Assembly (NCBI GenBank): GCA_016931575.1
Contig: JAFGEO010000004.1
Location: 172-64,171, forward strand
Direction of reading: 5' to 3'
Length of the DNA: 64,000 nt
From: Bacteroidales bacterium
GTDB taxonomy: Bacteria; Bacteroidota; Bacteroidia; Bacteroidales; UBA10428
Below are positions 17,544-27,445 of this stretch, one piece after another (positions within the stretch are counted from its first letter, which is position 1; each line of letters starts with the position of its first letter). The position numbers and the translations under genes are program-made. The notes beneath the pieces were generated by a model, which worked only from the letters and a program-made list of their open reading frames with translations, ran no database searches and was not told where the DNA came from.

Positions 17544-18396
17544 AAAAAGAATCCTGTTTGTCGGACTGAACACGGTTGACCTTCAATTCTTCGTCAACCA
17601 CTATCCGGGTCCGAATACTAAAACAAAGGCCCATCACAATGAAGTTATCACCGGTGGGCCCGCAACAAATGCAGCGATCGCATGTGCCTGGCTTGGAAGT
17701 TCCGTTGACCTGTATACCCCAGTCGGTCGTCATAGCCTGTCATCTTTTATTCTGGAGGATATCAGCCGCTACCAGATCCGCATTCTGGATCCTATTGCCG
17801 GATTTGAAAGCCAGCCTGTTTTTGCCAGCATTATTACATCCCAACATAATGGCGAAAGGACAATTTTTAGTTATCATCCTGACCATAAAGTTGTTATTAA
17901 TCATGATTTGAATTTTAACTTGAATGATTACTCCCTGGTTTTGTTCGATGGGTTCCATCCGGAACTTGCTATCTACCTGGCCCGGGAAGCCAATCAGAAA
18001 GGAATCGCCTGTGTGCTGGATGGAGGGAGCTGGAAGCCCGGTCTGGAAGAACTCCTGAAATACATCCAAATAGCCATTTGTAGTAACGACTTCAGGGTAC
18101 CTGAAAGGGAAGGGTCCCCGGAAATTTTTGAATTTCTTCATGAAAAAGGAGTTGAAATGGCAGCCATTACCCGCGGAGATGAAAGTATCCTGTACTCTGA
18201 CAAACAAATGCAGGATGAAATTATGGTGAAGCCGGTATCTGTAAAAGATACATTGGGCGCCGGGGATATATTTCACGGAGCATTCTGTCATTACTATGCT
18301 GCCGGTCATACCTTCACTTCATCGCTTGAACAGGCGAGTTATATCGCCGGGAAATCGTGTAAATGTCTCGGAACAAGAGCCTGGATGAAGGTATAA
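17515..18396 (+). CDS. PfkB-family carbohydrate kinase
   Basis: 293 aa with the C-terminal 'DTLGAGDIFHGAF' PfkB motif. It overlaps the MFS 3' end by 29 nt (20 nt if the ATG at 17524 is used). Confidence 0.85.
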   Translation: MPAMNEKSSEKRILFVGLNTVDLQFFVNHYPGPNTKTKAHHNEVITGGPATNAAIACAWLGSSVDLYTPVGRHSLSSFILEDISRYQIRILDPIAGFESQPVFASIITSQHNGERTIFSYHPDHKVVINHDLNFNLNDYSLVLFDGFHPELAIYLAREANQKGIACVLDGGSWKPGLEELLKYIQIAICSNDFRVPEREGSPEIFEFLHEKGVEMAAITRGDESILYSDKQMQDEIMVKPVSVKDTLGAGDIFHGAFCHYYAAGHTFTSSLEQASYIAGKSCKCLGTRAWMKV

Positions 18397-18435
18397 ATCC
18401 AAAATTGATGTACTTTTGATAAAATCCTGAAAACT

Positions 18436-18813
18436 ATGAATACTATTCGTCAGAAACATCACATAGCAGCACCTCGCGAAGAGGTGTATATCGCACTGAC
18501 TAATCCCTTTACCATTGAACTCTGGACAGGGTATCCGGCAACAATGTCTACCGAACCTGGAAGTGAATTCTCCTATTTTGAGGGTGATATTGTTGGAAAA
18601 AACCTTGAATTCAAACCCGATGAGCTAATCCGCCAGCAGTGGTATTTTGAAGGCGAGGCGGAAGAATCCATCGTTAGCCTTAATCTCAAAGATGAAAAGA
18701 ATAATACCGTTATTGAACTTGTCCATGACCATGTTCCGGCAGCGATATACGAAGAAATGGCTGAAGGATGGAAAAAAATGTACTTCGCTCCCTTAAAAAA
18801 ATTCTTCAAATAG
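18436..18813 (+). CDS. SRPBCC / AHSA1-like (START fold) protein
   Basis: 125 aa. The pattern 'IAAPREEVYIALTNP..IELW' ... 'GW.K' is typical of Aha1-domain proteins. Confidence 0.7.
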   Translation: MNTIRQKHHIAAPREEVYIALTNPFTIELWTGYPATMSTEPGSEFSYFEGDIVGKNLEFKPDELIRQQWYFEGEAEESIVSLNLKDEKNNTVIELVHDHVPAAIYEEMAEGWKKMYFAPLKKFFK

Positions 18814-18834
18814 TAAGGAATAAGGATTTTTATC

Positions 18835-20091
18835 ATGAGAAGAGAGGATGTTGAAATTATGGCCCCTGTTGGTTCGTATGAATCCCTGATGGCGGCTATA
18901 CAGGCAGGAGCGGATTCTGTATATTTTGGTCTTAACAAGCTGAATATGAGGGCACGGTCCTCGGCAAACTTCAATGAAGAGGATCTGGAGAAAATTATGC
19001 AGATCTGCAGGGAGCACAAAGTAAAGGCATATTTGACACTAAATATCGTAATCTACAATAATGAACTTGAGCAGGCCTATCAACTGATTGACCTGGCCCT
19101 CACAAAAAAGGTTTCAGCCGTTATTGCCAGTGATCATGCCGTAATCAGCTATGCCCGCTCGAAGGGTATGGATGTTCATATATCAACTCAGGTTAACATC
19201 AGTAATATCGAATCGGTACGGTTTTATGCCCAGTTTGCCGATGTTGTTGTGCTTGCACGTGAACTGAACCTTGAACAGGTTCAACAGATCGCTGAGATTA
19301 TCGAACGAGATGGCATAAAGGGGCCCGGAGGCCAGAACGTCAAACTTGAAATGTTCATCCACGGTGCCCTGTGTATGTCGATTTCCGGAAAATGTTACCT
19401 GAGTTTACATGAGCAGAACTACTCCGCCAATCGCGGATCATGCCTGCAACCATGCCGAAAGGGGTACACGGTCAGGGAAAAGGAGAGTGGACGCGAACTC
19501 GACATTGAGAATGAATACATCATGTCTCCAAAAGATCTCTGTACCATTCATTTCCTGAATAAAATTCTCGATGCCGGGGTGCGAATCCTTAAAATTGAAG
19601 GCCGGGCACGCCCACCTGAATATGTTCATACAGTGGTCAGCTGTTACCGTGAAGCAGTTGAGAGTTATCTGGAGGGCAGTATCAGCCAGGAAAAGATCGA
19701 TGCCTGGACCCGACAACTCGAATCCGTTTTCAACCGCGGCTTCTGGAATGGGTACTACCTGGGGCAAGGTCTGGGCGAATGGAGCCATGTATACGGATCA
19801 AAAGCCACCAAACGTAAGATCTATGTCGGGAAGGGCATGAATTATTTCCCAACTATCGGTGTTGCCGAATTTCTGTGCGAAGCAGTAGAAATAGAACAGG
19901 GAGATGAAATCCTGATTACAGGTCCTACAACCGGCATAATCAAGTCCAGCATTGAAGAAATGCGGGTGGACCTGAAGCCGGTCCGGAAAGCCAATAAAGG
20001 GGAAAGATTCTCGATCCCCCTGGATACTCCGATCCGGCGTTCCGATAAAATTTACAAAGTGGTCGATTCTTCAGCAATTAAGATACAATAA
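18835..20091 (+). CDS. peptidase U32 family protein (PrtC-like)
   Basis: 418 aa with 'EIMAPVGS', 'GADSVYFG' and the U32 signature-like 'EMFIHGALCMSISGKC'. Confidence 0.9.
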   Translation: MRREDVEIMAPVGSYESLMAAIQAGADSVYFGLNKLNMRARSSANFNEEDLEKIMQICREHKVKAYLTLNIVIYNNELEQAYQLIDLALTKKVSAVIASDHAVISYARSKGMDVHISTQVNISNIESVRFYAQFADVVVLARELNLEQVQQIAEIIERDGIKGPGGQNVKLEMFIHGALCMSISGKCYLSLHEQNYSANRGSCLQPCRKGYTVREKESGRELDIENEYIMSPKDLCTIHFLNKILDAGVRILKIEGRARPPEYVHTVVSCYREAVESYLEGSISQEKIDAWTRQLESVFNRGFWNGYYLGQGLGEWSHVYGSKATKRKIYVGKGMNYFPTIGVAEFLCEAVEIEQGDEILITGPTTGIIKSSIEEMRVDLKPVRKANKGERFSIPLDTPIRRSDKIYKVVDSSAIKIQ

Positions 20092-20118
20092 GGGTATCCC
20101 AGCGGACAGAAAGGACTG

Positions 20119-20880
20119 CTAATTCTGATCGATATACAAGTCGGCAGAAATTGGCATATCTTTTTTAAGCTCCTTCAGGAAATGATTCCGCAATTCCATC
20201 GCACGACTTAACGATTTGTCCTGATCATAAATGCGTATCACATCCTCAGGTCCGCAAAAACGGTAGATATTTCCCAATGCTGCATCAAAATTGCTGTTTT
20301 TTAATCCATGACGGATCTTCCTGGAAATAAAATCGAATTTTTTCCAGTTCAGAGAATAGGGAACCCTGATGTAAATTTTTTCGCCATCATTCAGGTCCCG
20401 GTATAATCCTTCACCAATCTCCACCAGTTTAAAATGCTTAAAAATTTTTATTCTGGCAGCACTCTGGATTTTTTGATAATCCATCAGTTTAAGGTCATTC
20501 CGTTTGAAGAAATTCTGGATTACCGGAATGGATTCATAGCTGCTTAGCTTTTTTACCCTGATGCAGGGCAATATCAAATTGCTGGTAATAATCTCCCCGG
20601 AAGAGGGATAGCAATCCGTAATGCGGTTTTCCAGCAGCTTTTTATTAATCCGGTTGATTTTTTCCGGAGCATACCGGTATCGTAAAATGATAAATACTGA
20701 TCCCGGTTTCTCAAAAGAATTTCCTGTCCCCTTATCAGCTTTTACACCCGGGAAAGGATTCAGACTTCGCAATACAAGGGTGTTTTTGAGAATATCCTTC
20801 TCCAGGGAACACACATCTTCCATCTTTGTAATACTTCCGATGGTCTCAATAATTTCATTCTGTTCCATCACAATCAACAT
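20119..20880 (-). CDS. hypothetical protein (no family recognised)
   Basis: Long uninterrupted ORF with no signal peptide or TM segment. The start was chosen at MLIVMEQNE (20880); 20868 is also possible. The upstream extension 'MHTCFFYCLPEPK' looks non-coding. Confidence 0.6.
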   Translation of the reverse strand: MLIVMEQNEIIETIGSITKMEDVCSLEKDILKNTLVLRSLNPFPGVKADKGTGNSFEKPGSVFIILRYRYAPEKINRINKKLLENRITDCYPSSGEIITSNLILPCIRVKKLSSYESIPVIQNFFKRNDLKLMDYQKIQSAARIKIFKHFKLVEIGEGLYRDLNDGEKIYIRVPYSLNWKKFDFISRKIRHGLKNSNFDAALGNIYRFCGPEDVIRIYDQDKSLSRAMELRNHFLKELKKDMPISADLYIDQN

Positions 20881-21103
20881 TTTGGGTTCAGGCAAGCAGT
20901 AAAAAAAACAGGTATGCAATCCAAGAGGACTGAAAGAGTCAGTTCAGCACTATCCAAATTACAAAAACTGACGATCAAAGTCAATTAAATTGATGCTGTT
21001 GTAAAACATTAATTCAACTTTTTTTCAATTGTCTCCAAGAGCTTCACAGAGTGTGAATATTCGCTTACTGAAGAACAGGTAAAACTTTTTGTATTCAGGT
21101 ATT

Positions 21104-23947
21104 TTAATAAACAGAGGTATTCAGGTTCATACTAAAACCGAAATCGAATTTCTTTTCGAAGGGAAGGTATGTGACCCTGAACCTGGGCTCGAAGGGCATA
21201 AAAAACCTGAAGAAATGGAGATCGCTTCCAAGAATGATTCCTGTTGAAAACATGTTCTGAGTTAACAGATTCCCCGAATCAATGAAATCAACCCTGGCAA
21301 AATCAGCGTGGAAACTCAGATGGATTCTTTTGATATAAACCAGAGGTCCCAGGCTCCAGTCGGGATAGCCCAGGGGAAAACTATACTCAAAGACCGCCTT
21401 TTTATTCCTTTTATAAAATGCAGGAGCTGAATATCCCCTGGGAAGTGAAACCTGGTTCCAGTAGATAGGATATTTCCCAGGATCTTGTTTTTCATAATAC
21501 AAGCCCAGGCGAATTCCATGATGTTTGAAAATGCCTGGCAAGTACTGATTATAGATCCCTGTGAATACAGAGCTGAAAAAATCCGGGCTTTTCAAGGGCT
21601 GCAGAAAGGACAGGTATAAACTTTCTCCAAGCCGTGGCTGCAGATCCCTATAAGATTCCTTTGTATAGGCAAAGGCATAAATGCTGCCCTCGAGGCTATT
21701 ATATCCCAATTGTTCCTGTCCCCCGGCATAGTAATAGCGATGGAAATAAGTAAACCCAAGCTGGGGTTTCAGATAAAGGTTCCAGGAATTTCTGTTGAAA
21801 CTCAGGGGTATATAGGACAGTACGTTAACCCTTTTATCAAATTCAGGTGTCGCCGGAAGGGCAGTATCCTGAGGCCAGCTGTGAAACCGCGGTTCTGAAC
21901 TAAGGTTAAACCGGGCTTCGAATACGGGGTACAAACCTTCATAGATGATGCGGGATTCTACCTGATGTGCATTTTCGGTATAATAATACGAAAGCAGGGC
22001 TGTCACTGTGCTGAGTTTGTTTTGTGACATCAGAGTCAGCCCGGGGTATATTGCAGTCGCCAGGTCCGAAACCTCATATGGATTGATGTAGAACGGGGCC
22101 CAGGAGTGGATATTTAATCCATGCAGAAATTTTCGATAAGGTTTCACTTCATACCGGCATTCCGGGATGTTGTCTTCCTGAATATTAATGCTTTTATCGC
22201 CCGAAAGACTTTCTGCCCAGGGATAGGTAAAACTTTCGATATCTGAAAGCGGGACCGGGTCAAGAGAGTCTATAGGAAGGCTGACAGGCCGGTATCCCAT
22301 TTTAGTGTACTCTGAAAATAGCAGGACATCAGTCCCCGGGTGGTAAGACGGAAAATCAACCCCATGCCTGGAGTTTGTCAGGCGGTATGTCAGTTGGTCC
22401 TGCAGGTTATAAGCATAAATATTCCTGGCCATTTGATTATCGAAGGTAAAAAGCAGTTGATTGCCTGCCATTTCCAGGTAGCCTATGTTGTGGTTCCCTC
22501 CCTTAAACAGGTCCTCTCTTTTGCCGGTTTCCAGGTTGATGCGCTGAATGGACTCCCCGGAGATACCGGCAACGATCAGTGCAATATGTTTATCATCCAT
22601 CCAGATCGGCGCCTCAGCCTTTCCGAGGTCAGGGAGCCCGATATTCAGTTGAACTTCCCCGGTTTCAATATCCAGGATGATCAGGCTGTACCGGTTAGCC
22701 AGATCCACCTGTAAACAGGCCAGTTTCTGCTCATCGGGTGATAAATCCGGTGAAAACCAACGTTCTCTTTTCCCAAATTTCCGGATGTTTCCGTTACTCC
22801 TGTCCATGACTGCCAGGGTGCCAAAACTTTGCTGATCCCAGCGCGGATCATACCGGTATTCTTCCCAGCATATATACTGCTTACCCACGCACCATCGCGT
22901 GTTGGGATAGTAACCTGGACTATGAATAAGTTCTTCCCCCTCAGGGGTCAGAAAAACAAACCGGGTAATGTCATCCAGGCTTTTTCGAACCACAAGGTAT
23001 CCCCCTTCCGTTTTCTCCGGATGCAGGAACTCCCGGTACTCCTCATCAGGATAAATCGTAATATTTGATGTAATAGTAGAGATAGATGTATCTATCATAT
23101 TATTCCAAAATATTTTAAGAGAATCAAATGTTTGGTGATACAAATGAGATTTTGAAGTGACACCTGCCTTTTTCAGACCAAGATAAAAGGGGACGCCCAG
23201 GAATGGAGTGCGGGATACCTGGCGCAACACCTGATCCCAAATATTAGATTTATACTTTATATTAGCATAGCTTACCATTTGATATCCATAATTATAATGG
23301 CTGGGAGTATAATGCTTATAAGAGCCTAGATAAGATTGATCATAGCTGTATCTTTTCCCGCTGTCCAGTTCAATTGCCCTGATTTCCCTGTCAAATTCGG
23401 ACTCCCTTCCTCTTCCGGATGAGCTATAGGCAGTTTCGGCCAGCACCGCATCTCCCTCCAGAAACCAGAGTGGCAGGTACCCAACCGTCAAACCTACCGC
23501 AGCTTCTCCAAAAAGCACTTTACAAATTCGCGTGAATCCCTGATCCAGGTTGCTCACCTGGATAACATGCCGAAATTCATGAACGGCTAATAATTGCAGC
23601 CAGTCGAGGGGTTCTGATTCGGACGGAGGTGTAGCTACCCATTCGCTTCTTCGAGGAGCCCAGGATACATAGCCATTTGATACCACAGAATGATTATGGA
23701 GAATGATCGAAATTTTCCGGGGTTTTACGCTGTAATCTGCACTCTCGTGCTCATAAAGGTATTCAAGGGTATTGGCTACCCGCAAGGCTTCCGGTTGAAA
23801 TTCCTCCGGATAGATGAGCTGAAAATTATCTGTATTGATCTGTCTCCATTGAATATGTGCAGGATCCTGCCCGGATGAAAAAAACTGTGCATCCAGTCTG
23901 AATGGAAAAAACAGTGTGAGAAGCAATCCTGTGTAAATAAATTTCAT
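21104..23947 (-). CDS. secreted multidomain protein: peptidase-MA-like HExxH domain + TolB/PD40-like beta-propeller + C-terminal beta-barrel-like region
   Basis: I take the start at MKFIYTGLLLTLFFPFRLDAQ (signal peptide, ATG at 23947), which removes the overlap with the upstream gene. HEFRH is encoded at 23567-23581 and is followed by 'WFLEGDAVLAE'. The central region has 'FSPDLSPDEQKLA'-type repeats. The C-terminal tail is aromatic-rich and ends 'FSMNLNTSVY'. Confidence 0.7.
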   Translation of the reverse strand: MKFIYTGLLLTLFFPFRLDAQFFSSGQDPAHIQWRQINTDNFQLIYPEEFQPEALRVANTLEYLYEHESADYSVKPRKISIILHNHSVVSNGYVSWAPRRSEWVATPPSESEPLDWLQLLAVHEFRHVIQVSNLDQGFTRICKVLFGEAAVGLTVGYLPLWFLEGDAVLAETAYSSSGRGRESEFDREIRAIELDSGKRYSYDQSYLGSYKHYTPSHYNYGYQMVSYANIKYKSNIWDQVLRQVSRTPFLGVPFYLGLKKAGVTSKSHLYHQTFDSLKIFWNNMIDTSISTITSNITIYPDEEYREFLHPEKTEGGYLVVRKSLDDITRFVFLTPEGEELIHSPGYYPNTRWCVGKQYICWEEYRYDPRWDQQSFGTLAVMDRSNGNIRKFGKRERWFSPDLSPDEQKLACLQVDLANRYSLIILDIETGEVQLNIGLPDLGKAEAPIWMDDKHIALIVAGISGESIQRINLETGKREDLFKGGNHNIGYLEMAGNQLLFTFDNQMARNIYAYNLQDQLTYRLTNSRHGVDFPSYHPGTDVLLFSEYTKMGYRPVSLPIDSLDPVPLSDIESFTYPWAESLSGDKSINIQEDNIPECRYEVKPYRKFLHGLNIHSWAPFYINPYEVSDLATAIYPGLTLMSQNKLSTVTALLSYYYTENAHQVESRIIYEGLYPVFEARFNLSSEPRFHSWPQDTALPATPEFDKRVNVLSYIPLSFNRNSWNLYLKPQLGFTYFHRYYYAGGQEQLGYNSLEGSIYAFAYTKESYRDLQPRLGESLYLSFLQPLKSPDFFSSVFTGIYNQYLPGIFKHHGIRLGLYYEKQDPGKYPIYWNQVSLPRGYSAPAFYKRNKKAVFEYSFPLGYPDWSLGPLVYIKRIHLSFHADFARVDFIDSGNLLTQNMFSTGIILGSDLHFFRFFMPFEPRFRVTYLPFEKKFDFGFSMNLNTSVY

Positions 23948-23954
23948 GAGGGTA

Positions 23955-24515
23955 TTAATGACTGGGATTAGAAGTTCCTCCTCCGGGTTCGCGTAAGGGC
24001 TGGCTGATAAAACGTATGTCTTCAATGGTGTAGAAAGCATTGGGATTATGCTCCTTGATTATCGGAATGATATCGTTCAGGTTTTTCCGGTTAACAACCG
24101 AATAAAGGATCCCGACCTTGCCGGCACTGCCTTCAGCTGGAATGTAGGTGACTCCATAACCCTTTCCCCTCAGGATATTGGTAAGATGGACCGCTTCCTT
24201 GCGGGTGATAATACGGATCAGCTGAAATCCCAGGGCCAGTTTTTCTTCCAGTAGGATCCCAATGTAACTGCCAAGGGCAAATCCAAGCGCATAGGCGAGG
24301 TAGCATACCCAATTATCGAGATTCTCGAAGATTCGTGTAACTGCAAGCAACCATACAAGCACCTCAAAAAATCCCAGTACGGGAGCCAGTGTCCTATTTC
24401 CCCTGGAGATTAAGATAATTTTCAGGGTTCCAATGGAAACATCAACAATTCTGGCCATGATGATCAGTAAGGGTAGCAGGAGATAGGTATACCAATCGGA
24501 ATCAACGAAACCCAT
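23955..24515 (-). CDS. DUF2179 / UPF0316-family membrane protein
   Basis: 186 aa with three N-terminal TM spans and a C-terminal soluble domain ('GYGVTYIPAEGSAGKVGILYSVV'). Confidence 0.8.
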   Translation of the reverse strand: MGFVDSDWYTYLLLPLLIIMARIVDVSIGTLKIILISRGNRTLAPVLGFFEVLVWLLAVTRIFENLDNWVCYLAYALGFALGSYIGILLEEKLALGFQLIRIITRKEAVHLTNILRGKGYGVTYIPAEGSAGKVGILYSVVNRKNLNDIIPIIKEHNPNAFYTIEDIRFISQPLREPGGGTSNPSH

Positions 24516-24558
24516 AGGAGAAAAGTTTATGTAATTTAGTGAAAATTATAGAATACGG

Positions 24559-25947
24559 CTATACCTTTCGCGTTTTCCATCGCCCCAGCCTGAATACCAG
24601 GATGCTCAATAAGGCCAGGAACATCTCTGATAAAAGGATGGCATAGAAAACACCGTTTTCCTTCATATCGTGACCTTTGGCTAAAAAATAGGCAAGGGGA
24701 ATCTGGATCAGCCAGAATCCTATAACGTTCAGGATGGTTGGGGTATAGGTATCTCCGGCACCATTAAAGGCCTGGGCCATAATCATTTCAAATCCGTAAA
24801 ATATCATCCCTATTCCCATAATCCGCAGACAATTGATTGCCACGGTGAAACTCTGTCCCCCTTCATTGGCAAATACGCGGATCAGTGTTTCGGGTACCAG
24901 TAAAAACAGTAGCATAATAATGCCCATATACAAGCTGTTTATCCAGGCTGTCTTCCATACTGCCCGTTCAGCACGGTCTGGCTCTCCGGCTCCCAGATTT
25001 TGTCCTACCAGTGTTGCTGCCGCATTACTGATTCCCCAGGAAGGAAGGAGGAAAAAGAAGAACAGACGAAGGGCAATGGTATACCCTGCAATGACTTCAC
25101 TTTTGAATTCAGCAAGGATCCTGTAGAGAATTATCCAGCTTGAAGTAGCAATCAGATGTTGAAATACCCCTCCTCCGGAAAGAAAGAGTACTTTCCACAT
25201 GATCCTGATCTTTAATCTAAAATCCTGCCAGCGCAACTGAATTCGGGAATCCCTGTGCATCAGCATATAAAACTGGTAAAGCACCCCCGTTCCTCTTCCT
25301 ATAGTAGTTGCCACTGCGGCACCGGTTACACCCATCTCCGGAAACGGCCCCCATCCGAAAATAAGACAGGGATCCAAAATGATGTTCAGAATGTTGGCCA
25401 GGAGGAGTACCCTCATCGCCAGGGCGGGAGACCCTGCACTTCGAAAAATCGCATTGTTAATGAACAGAAGCATGATAATCCCGTTACTGCCTGCCATGAT
25501 CCGGGTAAAATCAGCGCCTATCTCAAGCACTTCCGGCTCAGCATGCATAAGGGAAAGGGCCTGCCTGGCGTAGATTACCCCGGGGATGGCTATGATTACG
25601 GAGATCAGTATACCCAGCAAAATAGACTGTGTCGCTGCCACGGAGGCCTCCCGGTCTTTCTTTTCGCCAATACGCCGGGCCACCAATCCGGTGGTTGCCA
25701 TGGAAAGTCCCACTGCAATAGCATATATCATGGACATCATCGACTCGGTCAGACCAACTACCGCAATGGATTCATCACCCAGACGAGATACATAGAATAT
25801 ATCAAACAGGGCAAATACCGATTCCATCATCATCTCCAGAACCATGGGAATGGCTAGTAAAAGAATGGCTTTCCCTAGTCCCAGCCTGGTGTAATCGTGC
25901 TCATAACCCCGAACAGCATCCCATATGTCCCGTATCAGCTGACGCAT
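24559..25947 (-). CDS. MATE family efflux transporter
   Basis: 462 aa with about 12 TM spans. The N-terminus 'LLAIPMVLEMMMESVFALFDIFYVSRLG' is typical of MATE transporters. Confidence 0.9.
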   Translation of the reverse strand: MRQLIRDIWDAVRGYEHDYTRLGLGKAILLLAIPMVLEMMMESVFALFDIFYVSRLGDESIAVVGLTESMMSMIYAIAVGLSMATTGLVARRIGEKKDREASVAATQSILLGILISVIIAIPGVIYARQALSLMHAEPEVLEIGADFTRIMAGSNGIIMLLFINNAIFRSAGSPALAMRVLLLANILNIILDPCLIFGWGPFPEMGVTGAAVATTIGRGTGVLYQFYMLMHRDSRIQLRWQDFRLKIRIMWKVLFLSGGGVFQHLIATSSWIILYRILAEFKSEVIAGYTIALRLFFFFLLPSWGISNAAATLVGQNLGAGEPDRAERAVWKTAWINSLYMGIIMLLFLLVPETLIRVFANEGGQSFTVAINCLRIMGIGMIFYGFEMIMAQAFNGAGDTYTPTILNVIGFWLIQIPLAYFLAKGHDMKENGVFYAILLSEMFLALLSILVFRLGRWKTRKV

Positions 25948-26027
25948 AGATTTTTAAAAAATCGTAAAACTAAGACTATTTGTTGAATATGCTTTGTATT
26001 TAGTTGCTGACCTTTCAGTTCAGAGAT

Positions 26028-26936
26028 TCATGATGCCTTCGGCTTCCGGATAGTAAGAATGGCTCCTGCCACTACCATCATGGCCCCTAAAATTGAAACC
26101 ACAGTGAAATTTTCAGGTGTCACCCAACTTACTTCCAGCACCATCAGGATAGCGATCGTTGAAAAGGTAATTATCGGATTCAGCGTTACAATGACACTCA
26201 CCCTGCTCGCAGGCAGGAATTTAAGTGCATAAGCTATAGCTCCATAGGCAATTAATGTATTTAATCCCAGAAATATAACCACTCCCCATACGCTTAGGGA
26301 TAAGGATGCAAATGCATGGAAATTAACGAATGGAAGATAGCCGATCGAAGGAATACCGAATAATAAAAGATTCAATTGAAGGGGATCCCACGATCTGACA
26401 AGCTTTTTTTGCATCAAGGCATAGCAGGTCCACATTGTTCCGCCGAAAAGGGTAAGCGCCACTCCCTTCTGATATTGCATGAGGTTTTCTGCCAGAACGA
26501 GGATTTGCTCCCTGTAGAAAAGCCCCAATCCGGTGACTACGATGAGCAAACCTCCGACTTGCATCCGGGAAGCGCGTTCCTTAAAAAATAAAAAACCTGA
26601 AATGGCCAGTAAAATAGCCCCGCTTTGGATAAACACTTCCGCAATTGCCGGTGTGGTAAGGTGTACCCCGGAAATCAAACCCAGGTAATTAAGCCCCAGG
26701 CAAATGGCTGCCAGAATAATCAGCGGAGGGGGCTTAAGCATTATCCTCAGTCCCCGGGGTTTCCAGATCAAATGGTACAGAAATAAGCAGATAAATGAAA
26801 TGGCAAACCGGGCCCAGCTTACGTCAACCGGCGATAAAGCGGTAAGCGATATTTTCAGGATAATCGGTAAAAATCCCCATAGCAAAGCGGTTATACTTGC
26901 AGCAATTATCCCTTTTCTATAGTTATGCTCTTCCAT
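26028..26936 (-). CDS. EamA/DMT family transporter
   Basis: 302 aa with about 10 TM spans in a duplicated EamA arrangement. Confidence 0.88.
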   Translation of the reverse strand: MEEHNYRKGIIAASITALLWGFLPIILKISLTALSPVDVSWARFAISFICLFLYHLIWKPRGLRIMLKPPPLIILAAICLGLNYLGLISGVHLTTPAIAEVFIQSGAILLAISGFLFFKERASRMQVGGLLIVVTGLGLFYREQILVLAENLMQYQKGVALTLFGGTMWTCYALMQKKLVRSWDPLQLNLLLFGIPSIGYLPFVNFHAFASLSLSVWGVVIFLGLNTLIAYGAIAYALKFLPASRVSVIVTLNPIITFSTIAILMVLEVSWVTPENFTVVSILGAMMVVAGAILTIRKPKAS

Positions 26937-26993
26937 CGCCGGTAATTAAGGAAGGCAAAAATACACTAATATTGCAGGAACAGTTCCTGGAAA

Positions 26994-27389
26994 ATGCCTA
27001 AAAAAAATCCGGAAATAAAAACAGTCAGCTATGGCCGGTACACTCCCTGGGAACGAGGGAGCCGCCATCTGCCAAAAATTCTCGAGTTCACAAGCCTTAT
27101 TGCGGCCATTGAGGGAAATGAGTTTGGAATGATCATTAAAATCACCGGAGGCAGAGGCATTCGGCTGGAATACCGGATTCAGCACCCCCCTTTCAAGGAT
27201 GCAAGTGGCAGGCCGGAACCGGATTTTACCGGTGAGTACTACGTTCCATCCAACGAATATGAATTTTACATCGGAGATTGCATCTGGCTTCCTGTTGAAG
27301 ATAAAGCCGGTGCATGGATCGTATCGGTATATTTTGAAGGTAAGTCGGTAGCAAAGCAGAAATTTGAAGTTATCCTGCTTTCTCCCTGA
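26994..27389 (+). CDS. small conserved protein, DUF3859-like
   Basis: 131 aa soluble beta-rich ORF. The family assignment is from memory of the sequence pattern only. Confidence 0.55.
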   Translation: MPKKNPEIKTVSYGRYTPWERGSRHLPKILEFTSLIAAIEGNEFGMIIKITGGRGIRLEYRIQHPPFKDASGRPEPDFTGEYYVPSNEYEFYIGDCIWLPVEDKAGAWIVSVYFEGKSVAKQKFEVILLSP

Positions 27390-27445
27390 GTACTAAAATA
27401 AGCCGGAATTTTCCTAATTTTGAAGATACGCTAAACTGTACTACT

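Noticed and set aside
23948-24040. N-terminal extensions in the ORF track. Examples: 24040 for the 947-aa protein, 7297 TTG for carB, 45425, 51429 GTG, 40208 TTG, 40113, 56610, 63032 GTG, 57018, 32273 and 20919.
   Set aside because: In each case an internal ATG gives a canonical N-terminus (a signal peptide, a Rossmann fold or a conserved family start). It also removes overlaps with neighbouring genes or terminators.
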